Assembly: GCA_963741045.1 (NCBI GenBank)
Contig: CAVUGO010000006.1
Coordinates: 72,934 to 136,933 of the forward strand
Direction of reading: 5' to 3'
From: an uncultured Acidobacteriota bacterium
GTDB lineage: Bacteria; Acidobacteriota; Terriglobia; Acidiferrales; UBA7541
DNA length: 64,000 bases
Shown here: positions 56,650 to 64,000 of the stretch, one piece after another
How the letters are laid out: the number at the start of each line of letters is the position of its first letter
Numbering within the stretch: position 1 is the first letter of the stretch
Position numbers and translations under genes: made by a program
Notes under the pieces: model-generated
The model's database searches: none
Told to the model about the DNA's origin: nothing
What the model saw: only the letters and a program-made list of their open reading frames with translations

Positions 56650-57347
56650 AGGCGTCGTTCGGGCGGCGTGTGGCGGCGGAATTTCTGGGAACCGGATTCC
56701 TCGTGGCGACCGTGATCGGCTCGGGAATCATGGGGGAACGCCTGGCTGGCGGAAACGTGGCGATTGCACTTCTAGCGAACACGATCGCGACAGGAGCGGC
56801 GCTCGTGGCGCTGATACTGGCGTTTGGCCCGATATCGGGGGCGCACTTCAACCCGGTGGTGACGCTGAGCGATGCTTTCGAGGGCGGCATGCGCTGGAAG
56901 GAAACGCCCGGCTACATTGGAGCGCAAGTGCTGGGAGCGATGGGTGGAGCCGTAGTGGCGCACGGCATGTTCACGCTGCCTGTCATTTCGCTCTCGCAAC
57001 ATGCGCGAAGCGGAGCGGCGCAGCTTTTCAGCGAATTCGTAGCGACATTCGGATTGATGTGCGTGATCTGGGGATGCGCGAAACGGCGGCCGGACGCGGT
57101 GGCCTTCGCCGTTGGCGCCTACATCACGGCGGCATACTGGTTCACGGCGTCTACATCATTTGCAAATCCCGCAGTGACAATCGGCCGCGCTCTGAGCGAC
57201 ACCTTTGCAGGCATCCGGCCGCAGGATGTGCCGGGATTCATCCTGGCGCAGGCTAGCGGCGGCCTCGCCGCAACACTCCTATTTCGCTGGTTCCGGGCTA
57301 GCGACATTCAGCCAACTCCAATCGAATCTTCGAATTCCAAGGCATAA
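56646..57347 (+). CDS. MIP-family aquaglyceroporin (AqpS-like arsenite channel)
   Basis: SGAHFNPVVTL and FANPAVTIGR, the two NPA-type half-helices. GTGA overlap with the arsC stop. Confidence 0.8.
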   Translation: MKASFGRRVAAEFLGTGFLVATVIGSGIMGERLAGGNVAIALLANTIATGAALVALILAFGPISGAHFNPVVTLSDAFEGGMRWKETPGYIGAQVLGAMGGAVVAHGMFTLPVISLSQHARSGAAQLFSEFVATFGLMCVIWGCAKRRPDAVAFAVGAYITAAYWFTASTSFANPAVTIGRALSDTFAGIRPQDVPGFILAQASGGLAATLLFRWFRASDIQPTPIESSNSKA

Positions 57348-57387
57348 ACAGCGCAGTTTCAGCCAGGGTGGCCGGTTCCGATTTCGC

Positions 57388-57435
57388 TTGACATTCAATA
57401 TTGCGATATGCTATAAGCAAATTACTGATCGCAAT
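57388..57435 (+). promoter_or_regulatory. Promoter plus perfect inverted repeat operator upstream of XRE regulator
   Basis: TTGACA (57388-57393), a 17-nt spacer, then CTATAA. The repeat ATTGCGAT (57400-57407) ... ATCGCAAT (57428-57435) is a perfect 8-bp inverted repeat that brackets the -10 and ends at the ATG. Confidence 0.55.
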
Positions 57436-57981
57436 ATGACCGTAGGAGAAAAAATTAGACATCTCCGCAGCGTGGAGGGGTCTTTGCGCGGGCTTGGACG
57501 GCCCATGACGCAGACCGAAGTAATTCGAGCGATGCGTCGCGAATTGCGGAAAGCGATCAGCCAGGCCTATCTATCGCAAATCGAGAGCGGCGCAAGGCCT
57601 CATATGACGCGCGCGACGCGCGATCTGCTGGCACGCTTTTTCAAGGTGCATCCCGGATTCCTGGTAGACGACGCGGAGGGATTTCAGACCAGCCTCGCCT
57701 CGGACTTGCGGGTGCAGGACGCGAAGGTGGACTCCTGGCTTTACAGCGCGGCGGAAAATTCGGCGAACGATCCGAAGTTGAGTCGCGCGTTGAAGGACGT
57801 GGCCGATTATGACGATTCGCGGAAATGCCTTCTGCTCCTGGGCCAGATCGTGAGAATGCCGGGACTGGTGGATCACCTTTCTGAGGTGCTCGGTGCTGGA
57901 ACGGAGACGGAAGGCAATCGGGAAGGCACGGCAAGGGCCAGCGGTGCGGGGCAAAGCACGACGGAACTCGGCGGCGCGTAA
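57436..57981 (+). CDS. XRE-family helix-turn-helix regulator
   Basis: Trimmed to ATG 57436. MTVGEKIRHLRSVEG...MTQTEVIRAM...SQAYLSQIESGARP is an HTH_XRE pattern. Confidence 0.65.
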   Translation: MTVGEKIRHLRSVEGSLRGLGRPMTQTEVIRAMRRELRKAISQAYLSQIESGARPHMTRATRDLLARFFKVHPGFLVDDAEGFQTSLASDLRVQDAKVDSWLYSAAENSANDPKLSRALKDVADYDDSRKCLLLLGQIVRMPGLVDHLSEVLGAGTETEGNREGTARASGAGQSTTELGGA

Positions 57982-58002
57982 GCGGCGCGGGAGGAAATCG
58001 CC

Positions 58003-58641
58003 ATGACCCTCTCAACTTTCTATCTGATCTGCTTCGTAGTGGGATTTTCGCTGAGCGCACTTTCGTTTTTCTTTGGCGTGCTGCACATCCATTTGCCGCT
58101 GCGCTGGCATATTCCGATTTTTTCGCATCACAGCGCTCCCGCAAGTGTGCACGGAGCTGGCGGCCACGCCGCCGGCACGGCCCACGGAGCAATCCGGGGC
58201 GGAGCGTCGAAAGCAGCGGGCGCAAAACTTTCCTGGCTGAATCCGTCGGCGGGACTCGCGTTTCTGGCTTGGTTTGGCGGGACGGGTTACCTGCTCACGC
58301 AGTATTACGGAGTCTGGTATCTACTGGGCCTTGGGCTCGCGGTCCTGAGCGGCTTTGCGGGAGCCGCGATTGTTTCGTGGTTCCTTGTGAAGGTGCTTCT
58401 GCCGCACGAGGTGGAATTGCACGACGCGGATTTTGAGCTGGCGGGGACGCTGGCAAAAGTGACGAGCTCGATTCGCGAAGGCGGCACCGGCGAAATCACT
58501 TATTCGCAAGGGGGTGTGCGGCGCTGTGCGGGAGCGCGGAGCAGCGACGGGACAGCACTTGAGAAAGGAAGCGAAGTGGTGGTGTCGCGTTATGACAACG
58601 GGATTGCCTACGTGACGCGATGGGAAGAATGGGCCAAGTAG
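58003..58641 (+). CDS. NfeD-family membrane protein
   Basis: N-terminal TM helices plus a C-terminal OB-fold (GTLAKVTSSIREGGTGEITYSQGGVRRCAGARSSDGTALEKGSEVVVSRYDNGIAYV). Confidence 0.7.
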   Translation: MTLSTFYLICFVVGFSLSALSFFFGVLHIHLPLRWHIPIFSHHSAPASVHGAGGHAAGTAHGAIRGGASKAAGAKLSWLNPSAGLAFLAWFGGTGYLLTQYYGVWYLLGLGLAVLSGFAGAAIVSWFLVKVLLPHEVELHDADFELAGTLAKVTSSIREGGTGEITYSQGGVRRCAGARSSDGTALEKGSEVVVSRYDNGIAYVTRWEEWAK

Positions 58642-58694
58642 AGATCGTGTGGAAGGATTAAGGAACGGCGCGAAGAAGCGAAAGGAGAAGGACC

Positions 58695-60146
58695 ATGCCA
58701 GCAGTAACCGGTGTTTGGGTAATTGTCGGGCTGATGGTGCTAGTCGTGGTGTTTCTCATGGGGATGCTCGCGAAGATGTTTCGCAAGGCAGGGCCTCATG
58801 AAGCGATCATCGTTTACGGATTCCGCGGGACGAGGATCGTGAAGGGCGGCGGAACGATTATTTTCCCGATGGTGGAGAGCTCGAAGGAGCTGTCGCTCGA
58901 ATTAATGTCGTTCGACGTGGCGCCGCAGCAGGATCTCTACACGAAACAAGGCGTAGCGGTGACGGTAGAAGCGGTGGCGCAGATCAAAGTGAAGTCGGAT
59001 CCTGAATCTGTAAGGACGGCTGCGGAACAGTTTTTGACCAAGACGCCGGCGTTGCGGGAAGGATTGATCCGGCTGGTGATGGAAGGTCACCTGCGCGGGA
59101 TTATCGGCCAGTTGACGGTCGAGCAGATCGTGAAGGAGCCGGAAATGGTGGCGGACCGCATGCGTTCGACGTGCGCGGACGACATGAATAAGATGGGGCT
59201 TGAAGTGATTTCGTTCACGATCAAGGAAGTACGCGACAAGAACGAGTACATCACCAATATGGGCCGTCCTGACGTGGCGCGCATCAAGCGGGACGCGGAC
59301 GTGGCCGCTGCCGAAGCGGATCGCGATACAGCGATCAAGCGGGCGGAGGCGACTCGCGCTTCGGCGATTGCTAAAGCGCAAGCGGATCAGGAGCGAGTTG
59401 CGGCGGAAACTTCGTCGATGGCGAAGCAGGCGGAAGCGCAGCGGGACCTAGAAGTGAAGAAAGCGGCGTACCAGGAAGCGATGAAGAAGGCGCAAGCGCA
59501 GGCGGACAAGGCGTACGAAATCGAAACGAACATCATGCAGCAGCAAGTGGTGGTGGAAGCGGTTCGAGTGCAGCAGGTGGAGCGCGAAAATCAGATCAAG
59601 GTGCAGGAAGCGGAAATCGCGCGCCGCGAAAAGGAGTTGATTGCGACGGTGTTGAAGCAGGCGGAAGTGGAGCGCCAGAGAATCGAAACGCTCGCGACCG
59701 CGGAAAAACAGAAGCTGATTTCCGAAGCGGAAGGCCATGCGGCGGCGATTCGTTCGCAAGGCGAAGCAGAAGCGGAAATCATTTTCAAGAAGGGCGAGGC
59801 AGAAGCCAAGGCGATGAACGTGAAGGCGGAGGCCTATCAGGAATACAACCAGGCGGCGGTGATCGACCGGCTGTTCACGAACATGCCTGAAATCGTGAAG
59901 GCTATCGCTTCCCCGCTGCAGAACATCGACAAGGTGACGATCGTGTCTACCGGGAATGGCGACGGTACAGGAGCGTACAAACTAACTGGCGACGTGACGA
60001 AGATAGCGGCGCAGGTGCCGGCGCTCTTCGAGGCGTTGTCGGGCATGCAGATGAGCGAACTGCTGTCGAAGGTGCGATTGCTTGGAGACCAGGCACCGAA
60101 GCCGGGTGCGCCGGGCGGAGCGACACCGCCGGCAAGCTTGCGGTAA
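58695..60146 (+). CDS. Flotillin-like SPFH/band-7 protein
   Basis: N-terminal TM, an SPFH domain, and a long Ala/Glu/Lys/Gln coiled-coil flotillin repeat region. Confidence 0.8.
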   Translation: MPAVTGVWVIVGLMVLVVVFLMGMLAKMFRKAGPHEAIIVYGFRGTRIVKGGGTIIFPMVESSKELSLELMSFDVAPQQDLYTKQGVAVTVEAVAQIKVKSDPESVRTAAEQFLTKTPALREGLIRLVMEGHLRGIIGQLTVEQIVKEPEMVADRMRSTCADDMNKMGLEVISFTIKEVRDKNEYITNMGRPDVARIKRDADVAAAEADRDTAIKRAEATRASAIAKAQADQERVAAETSSMAKQAEAQRDLEVKKAAYQEAMKKAQAQADKAYEIETNIMQQQVVVEAVRVQQVERENQIKVQEAEIARREKELIATVLKQAEVERQRIETLATAEKQKLISEAEGHAAAIRSQGEAEAEIIFKKGEAEAKAMNVKAEAYQEYNQAAVIDRLFTNMPEIVKAIASPLQNIDKVTIVSTGNGDGTGAYKLTGDVTKIAAQVPALFEALSGMQMSELLSKVRLLGDQAPKPGAPGGATPPASLR

Positions 60147-60153
60147 ATGTAAG

Positions 60154-60199
60154 TCCGCGGGCGCCCGCTGCAAGGCGGGCGCCGCGGATTTTCTTTTTT
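60154..60199 (+). terminator. Intrinsic terminator after the flotillin gene
   Basis: tccgcgggcgcccgc-tgcaa-ggcgggcgccgcgga (one bulge) followed by ttttctttttt. Confidence 0.75.
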
Positions 60200-60258
60200 G
60201 TACGACGGGAATTTAGAGTAACAACGGCAAGACGTGAGGGCAAGAAGGAGGAACAGAC

Positions 60259-60924
60259 ATGGCACTACTGGAAAGGGTGAGCACATTGATTCGCGCGAAC
60301 CTGAACGATCTAGTTGACCGAGCCGAGGATCCCGAAAAACTGATCAAGCAGGTGATCCTCGATATGGAAAATCAATTTCTGCAGGTGAAGACGCAAGTGG
60401 CGATTTCGATTGCCGACCTGCACATGCTGGAAAAGAAAAAGAAAGAAAACGAGGCGTCGATGGCGGAATGGCTGAAGAAGGCGGAGAAGTCAGTGGACAA
60501 AAAGCAGGACGATCTGGCCCGGATGGCGCTCGAGCGATATCGTAGCTTCCAGCTGATGGCCGAGAGTTTTCATGAACAGGTGAGCGACCAGCAAGCCCAG
60601 GTGGAAAACTTGAAATCGGCGCTGCAAAAGCTGGAACAAAAGCTGGCAGAGGCGCAGTCGAAAAAGGAGCTGTTGCTGGCCCGGCACCGCCGTTCGCAAA
60701 TTACGGGACGAGCGCAGCGAGCGCAGGCAGCTATCGGCGATCAGTCAAAGGCCGCAGTATTCAATCGGCTGAAGCATAAGGTGCTGCATGCTGAGGCAGC
60801 CACCCATGCGGAAGCCGAACTCGCAGGCGAAGATATCGACGGGAAGTTTGCTGCGATCGAAAAGCAGGACGAAATCGAGCGGATGCTGGGAGAAATCAAG
60901 CAGCGCCGAGGTATCGCCAATTAG
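60259..60924 (+). CDS. pspA: PspA/IM30 family protein
   Basis: MALLERVSTLIRANLNDLVDRAEDPEKLIKQVILDMENQ is the canonical PspA/IM30 N-terminus. Coiled coil throughout. Confidence 0.85.
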   Translation: MALLERVSTLIRANLNDLVDRAEDPEKLIKQVILDMENQFLQVKTQVAISIADLHMLEKKKKENEASMAEWLKKAEKSVDKKQDDLARMALERYRSFQLMAESFHEQVSDQQAQVENLKSALQKLEQKLAEAQSKKELLLARHRRSQITGRAQRAQAAIGDQSKAAVFNRLKHKVLHAEAATHAEAELAGEDIDGKFAAIEKQDEIERMLGEIKQRRGIAN

Positions 60925-60953
60925 TGCGCCAAAGCGTAAGCGACCGACAGGCG

Positions 60954-61795
60954 TTATTTCGCGGCAGGTGCTAATGCCGGCGTTGAGGACGATGTGAGGT
61001 CGAAGACGTAGCGCACCGTGATCAGGCCGGTGTGGGAGTTGTCGAGGCGGACGCTCTCGTTGAGTTGCTTGCCGTCGGGGGTGAGTTCGTAGGTGCGGGT
61101 GATTCTGCCGCCGTGCAAGCCTTTTTCCTCGGAGACGAGGCGGGCTCCTTCCCAGTGCGCGGCGGATTCGCGATAACTATCGTCTTTTGATTTTTGCGGG
61201 TGGCGATTGTCGGTCAAGTAGATGCGCTTGCGGCCCTGATCGTCGGTGACGTCCACTTCGCCTTCCTTCTGCGCGAAGCTGAGTGACGTGGCGGGCTCGA
61301 TCAAGTCCTGAAGCTGCTGGCGATCTTCGTAGTTGGTCGGATCCCCCATGCCGCCGCGCCGCCCTGAGGGATTGTTGCCGCCTCCGCTGCCCGGATAGGG
61401 AGAACCACCGCCGGGATATGGAGAATTCGTGGGCCGGCCGTAAGGACCGTTGCCGCCGCCATTGCCTGGATAAGGGCCGTTTCCGCCGCTGCCCGCGTTT
61501 GGATTGTTGCTTCCACTTCCACTTCGATTCCGCGCCTGTTCGATTTTCTGATGGACGTCGTCGCTTTCGTCGGGATTAATTCTCCAGGAGCCAACCAGAT
61601 TTTCTTTTTTCTGCGGCGGGTACTGCTTCACCGGGGGGGAGGAGGAGCCGAAGAACCATCGGACGATTGCGAGTCGGCGGCCGGGGGATGAATCGGGCCG
61701 GGAGCGGCTTGCGCGTGAAGAGATGCGGGCGATGCGAGGCAGGCGCCGGCGAATAGTCCGGCTGCGATCAGGATTTTGGTGGCGTTCAGCTTCAT
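60954..61795 (-). pseudogene. Secreted Gly/Pro/Asn-rich protein gene split by a frameshift at a G7 (C7 on the sense strand) tract
   Basis: A 55-codon ORF (61795-61628; MKLNATKILIAAGLFAGACLASPASLHAQ... signal peptide) ends in TGA just after CCCCCCC (61633-61639). The 225-aa ORF 61631-60954 continues in a different reading frame and has no signal peptide of its own. Confidence 0.6.
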
Positions 61796-61903
61796 ACGGT
61801 CCTCTAAATATCGCGTTCGCTAGTTCAACCGAACCAGTTTAAGGGATGCCGGTGTGAAGGGAAAAGATGTCAGGCATCGAATGTGCGCGGCAACAGACCG
61901 GCC

Positions 61904-62458
61904 CTAACGATTCGCGTTCGAATACTTCTCGGCGCCTTTCTCCACCGGATAGCCTTTTTCCACCCAGTCGCTTGCAAAGTCGTGCGGAAGGAGCAGCACG
62001 CGCAGATTCGCGAAGCCCATATCGTGAAGGGCGTTGAAGGCGGGACGGATGTTCGGGCAGTGATCGAGCGGACAGCAGCCGCAATAAATCACCAGATTCG
62101 CGGTACGCGGAACGCCCTGCGCCCATCGCTTTAGGTCGGCGAGTCCCTGCTCGGATTGCGCGGCGCCATGAAACAGGGCGCCCGGCACGTGGGCGCCCAT
62201 GTAGAGGGGGCGAAAACCAACGCACACGACAACGGGCTTTGCGGCGCCTTTCGATTCGCTGAGCTCTTTCAGGAGGCCAGTGGGCTGAATTGTTTGGGAC
62301 GCGGACCAGGGGTCCGATGAAACGCGCGCCGAAGCTACATTTGATTGAGCCGCGCCTGTGGCAGGCGCGGAGATATATCCCGCGGCGAGAATTGTCGCGG
62401 CGAGGAACACGGCAATGCCTAGGAGACTCGCGAATCGCGCCTTTCTTCCAACCAACAT
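61904..62458 (-). CDS. Secreted rhodanese-like domain protein
   Basis: Trimmed to the GGAGG-preceded ATG 62458. Signal peptide, and an active-site-loop-like LVIYCGCCPLDHCPN. Confidence 0.5.
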   Translation of the reverse strand: MLVGRKARFASLLGIAVFLAATILAAGYISAPATGAAQSNVASARVSSDPWSASQTIQPTGLLKELSESKGAAKPVVVCVGFRPLYMGAHVPGALFHGAAQSEQGLADLKRWAQGVPRTANLVIYCGCCPLDHCPNIRPAFNALHDMGFANLRVLLLPHDFASDWVEKGYPVEKGAEKYSNANR

Positions 62459-62553
62459 TGCATGCCTCCGCGCCCGGAAAAAAATACGGCGGGCCTTTGG
62501 AGCCCGCCGTTTTAATTTCACGAACCTACTGTGAAGATTCGCAACGAACGCGG

Positions 62554-63375
62554 CTAGGTGGTGGGAGCCGCAGTCATTTTCTTCTGCTTGATGGCTTTCA
62601 CCTTGTCTACCAGATCGTCCGCCATCTTCAGATCTTGCTCGCGAGCTTCAGCAGTCGTTTCCATATCTGCTTTCTGACGATAGAGCAGGTTCAGGTAGGC
62701 CATCGCGTCGTCATAGTCCGGACGGCGGTCAATCGCCATCTGCAAGTTCTTGATGCCCTCGTCAACGGTGGCGCCATATTTCTGCTGGAACTGGGCGGCG
62801 AGTGGCGGCGGCATCGGGTCGGTATCCTTGATTTGTTTCTTCGCGGTTTTGTTGTACTCCTCGCGCATATCTTTATTGCCGCGGTAGGCCAGCGACCAAT
62901 CGATCACGCCGATCCAGTAGTAAGGCTCGGGATCCTGCGGCTTGATCGCGATGTGGCGTTCGTGATACGTCTTCGATTCTTCGAGCTTCTTGGCGTCGAA
63001 GGGGGTGCCGCCCATGTTGTAAACGATCGAACCTATACCGTCGATGGCCGAGAGGTTGTTGGGATCCTTATCCAGCACCTGCTGAAATTCCGAAATCGCC
63101 TGCTGGCCCATGCGGATGTTGTCATCCGAAGGGGCGCCTGGAATGTACTGATTGGCGTAGGCAGTGGCCAGGTAGAGGCGTGCGTTCGTCAGGTTGGGAT
63201 CGAGATCCTTGGCCTGTTTGAAATCTTCGACGGCGAGGTCGAACTGGCCGCCCTTGAAGGCCTGGACGCCCTTGTTCAGCTTGTCGCGGGCGCGAAGCTT
63301 GTCGCAACCTGCTCCTGAAGCGAGGGCCGCGATAACGACGGCCAAAAGAATCCCTGTGTGGGGCTTGCGGTGCAT
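62554..63375 (-). CDS. Tetratricopeptide-repeat lipoprotein
   Basis: Lipobox LASGAGC. TPR-like helices (FDLAVEDFKQAKDLDPNLTNARLYLATAYANQ...). Confidence 0.7.
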   Translation of the reverse strand: MHRKPHTGILLAVVIAALASGAGCDKLRARDKLNKGVQAFKGGQFDLAVEDFKQAKDLDPNLTNARLYLATAYANQYIPGAPSDDNIRMGQQAISEFQQVLDKDPNNLSAIDGIGSIVYNMGGTPFDAKKLEESKTYHERHIAIKPQDPEPYYWIGVIDWSLAYRGNKDMREEYNKTAKKQIKDTDPMPPPLAAQFQQKYGATVDEGIKNLQMAIDRRPDYDDAMAYLNLLYRQKADMETTAEAREQDLKMADDLVDKVKAIKQKKMTAAPTT

Positions 63376-63450
63376 CCCTATCTCCTTGACGATGGCTGCG
63401 CCGGACAGGGAAATCGCAGCCCGGCGTTCAGATGTTCACGAGGAAACGAA

Positions 63451-63879
63451 CTATTGGCCCGCTTCCACCTTGGCGGTGATTAGCCCGACTTTCTCGATGC
63501 CCGAGCCTCGCATGATATCGATGGCGCGAGCGACCTGTGCGAATTCGACGGCGTCGTCGCCCTTGACGAACGCCACCTTTTCGGCACGCTGCTTGAAAAT
63601 ATCTTCCAAGCGCGGACCGAGCTCATCCCAGGACGTCTTGTCCTGATTGATCATCACGTCTCCGCCCGCGGTTACCTGCACGACGATCGTCTTCGCCAGC
63701 AGCGCCGGATCTTCTTTCTGATTCGGCGGCGCCGGTTGAGGAACGAGTGCGTCGAGACCGTGCGGAGTCGTCGGCGTGATCACCATGAAAATGATGATGA
63801 GCACGAGAAGCACATCGATCAAAGGAACGATGTTCGGTTCCGACATCGAACCTTTATTTCCACCAACTGCCATCCCCAT
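63451..63879 (-). CDS. exbD: ExbD/TolR biopolymer transport protein
   Basis: Trimmed to the AGGAG-preceded ATG 63879. NIVPLIDVLLVLIIIFMV TM helix and a periplasmic domain (VKGDDAVEFAQVARAIDIMRGSGIEKVGLIT). Confidence 0.85.
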   Translation of the reverse strand: MGMAVGGNKGSMSEPNIVPLIDVLLVLIIIFMVITPTTPHGLDALVPQPAPPNQKEDPALLAKTIVVQVTAGGDVMINQDKTSWDELGPRLEDIFKQRAEKVAFVKGDDAVEFAQVARAIDIMRGSGIEKVGLITAKVEAGQ

Positions 63880-63904
63880 TGGAAACTCCTTGAACGCCCC
63901 GCTG

Positions 63905-64000
63905 CTAGTCCGAGCCGCCGGCTGAACCCGGTGGCGGCGGAGGAGCTGCACCTTTTTGCTGGTTCTTTTCGGTCAGCAGACCGAGGTTATCTACGCCTGC
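63905..64000 (-). CDS. C-terminal fragment of a second ExbD/TolR-like gene (5' end beyond window)
   Basis: Hand translation gives ..AGVDNLGLLTEKNQQKGAAPPPPPGSAGGSD*. The xVDNLGLLT end resembles the ExbD C-terminus of the neighbouring gene. Confidence 0.4.
   Translation of the reverse strand, partial: AGVDNLGLLTEKNQQKGAAPPPPPGSAGGSD

Noticed and set aside
62290-63318. 342-aa ORF on the + strand (similar long ORFs at 39795-40718, 41595-42419, 44941-45819, 24042-24911 and 51532-52320)
   Set aside because: All of them are antisense to well-supported genes (TPR lipoprotein, VWA paralogues, ADOP permease, NicO, M24 peptidase, relA/spoT) and show no family motifs.

Overview
A 64-kb chromosomal segment from a high-GC Gram-negative bacterium. 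It is most likely Acidobacteriota. That call is inferred from hallmark families (an ADOP-type duplicated FtsX/MacB orphan permease, tandem VWFA-related acidobacterial-domain paralogues, a CarboxypepD_reg-type TonB-dependent receptor); no search was run. I count about 60 protein genes, one 16S rRNA gene and one tRNA-Ile(GAT). I saw no CRISPR array, IS element or prophage. Gene content is mostly housekeeping and envelope functions: lptD, gltX, fabH, sthA, relA/spoT, ExbD, a split DsbD-like redox relay, an ars operon, and an NfeD-flotillin-PspA membrane-stress cluster. The main hit is a minus-strand locus at about 26.2-29.6 kb. It encodes two tandem precursors, each with a Sec signal peptide and a six-Cys Lys/Gly-rich core, followed by a DUF692 multinuclear non-haem iron oxidase (MNIO), a DUF2063 partner and a DoxX protein. 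This is the bufferin/oxazolin-type periplasmic metallophore RiPP architecture. Each precursor copy carries its own promoter and a conserved long leader. Other points worth a second look: the 16S gene is a stand-alone unit with its own promoter and terminator and no 23S or 5S; tRNA-Ile(GAT) is displaced next to a GIY-YIG gene; a secreted-protein gene is split by a G7 homopolymer frameshift; an S1/P1 nuclease only gets its required signal peptide from a CTG start; S41 and M1 peptidase homologues have substituted catalytic residues; and there are two uncharacterised lipid or membrane gene clusters. All calls come from reading the translations and sequence by eye. No database search was run.
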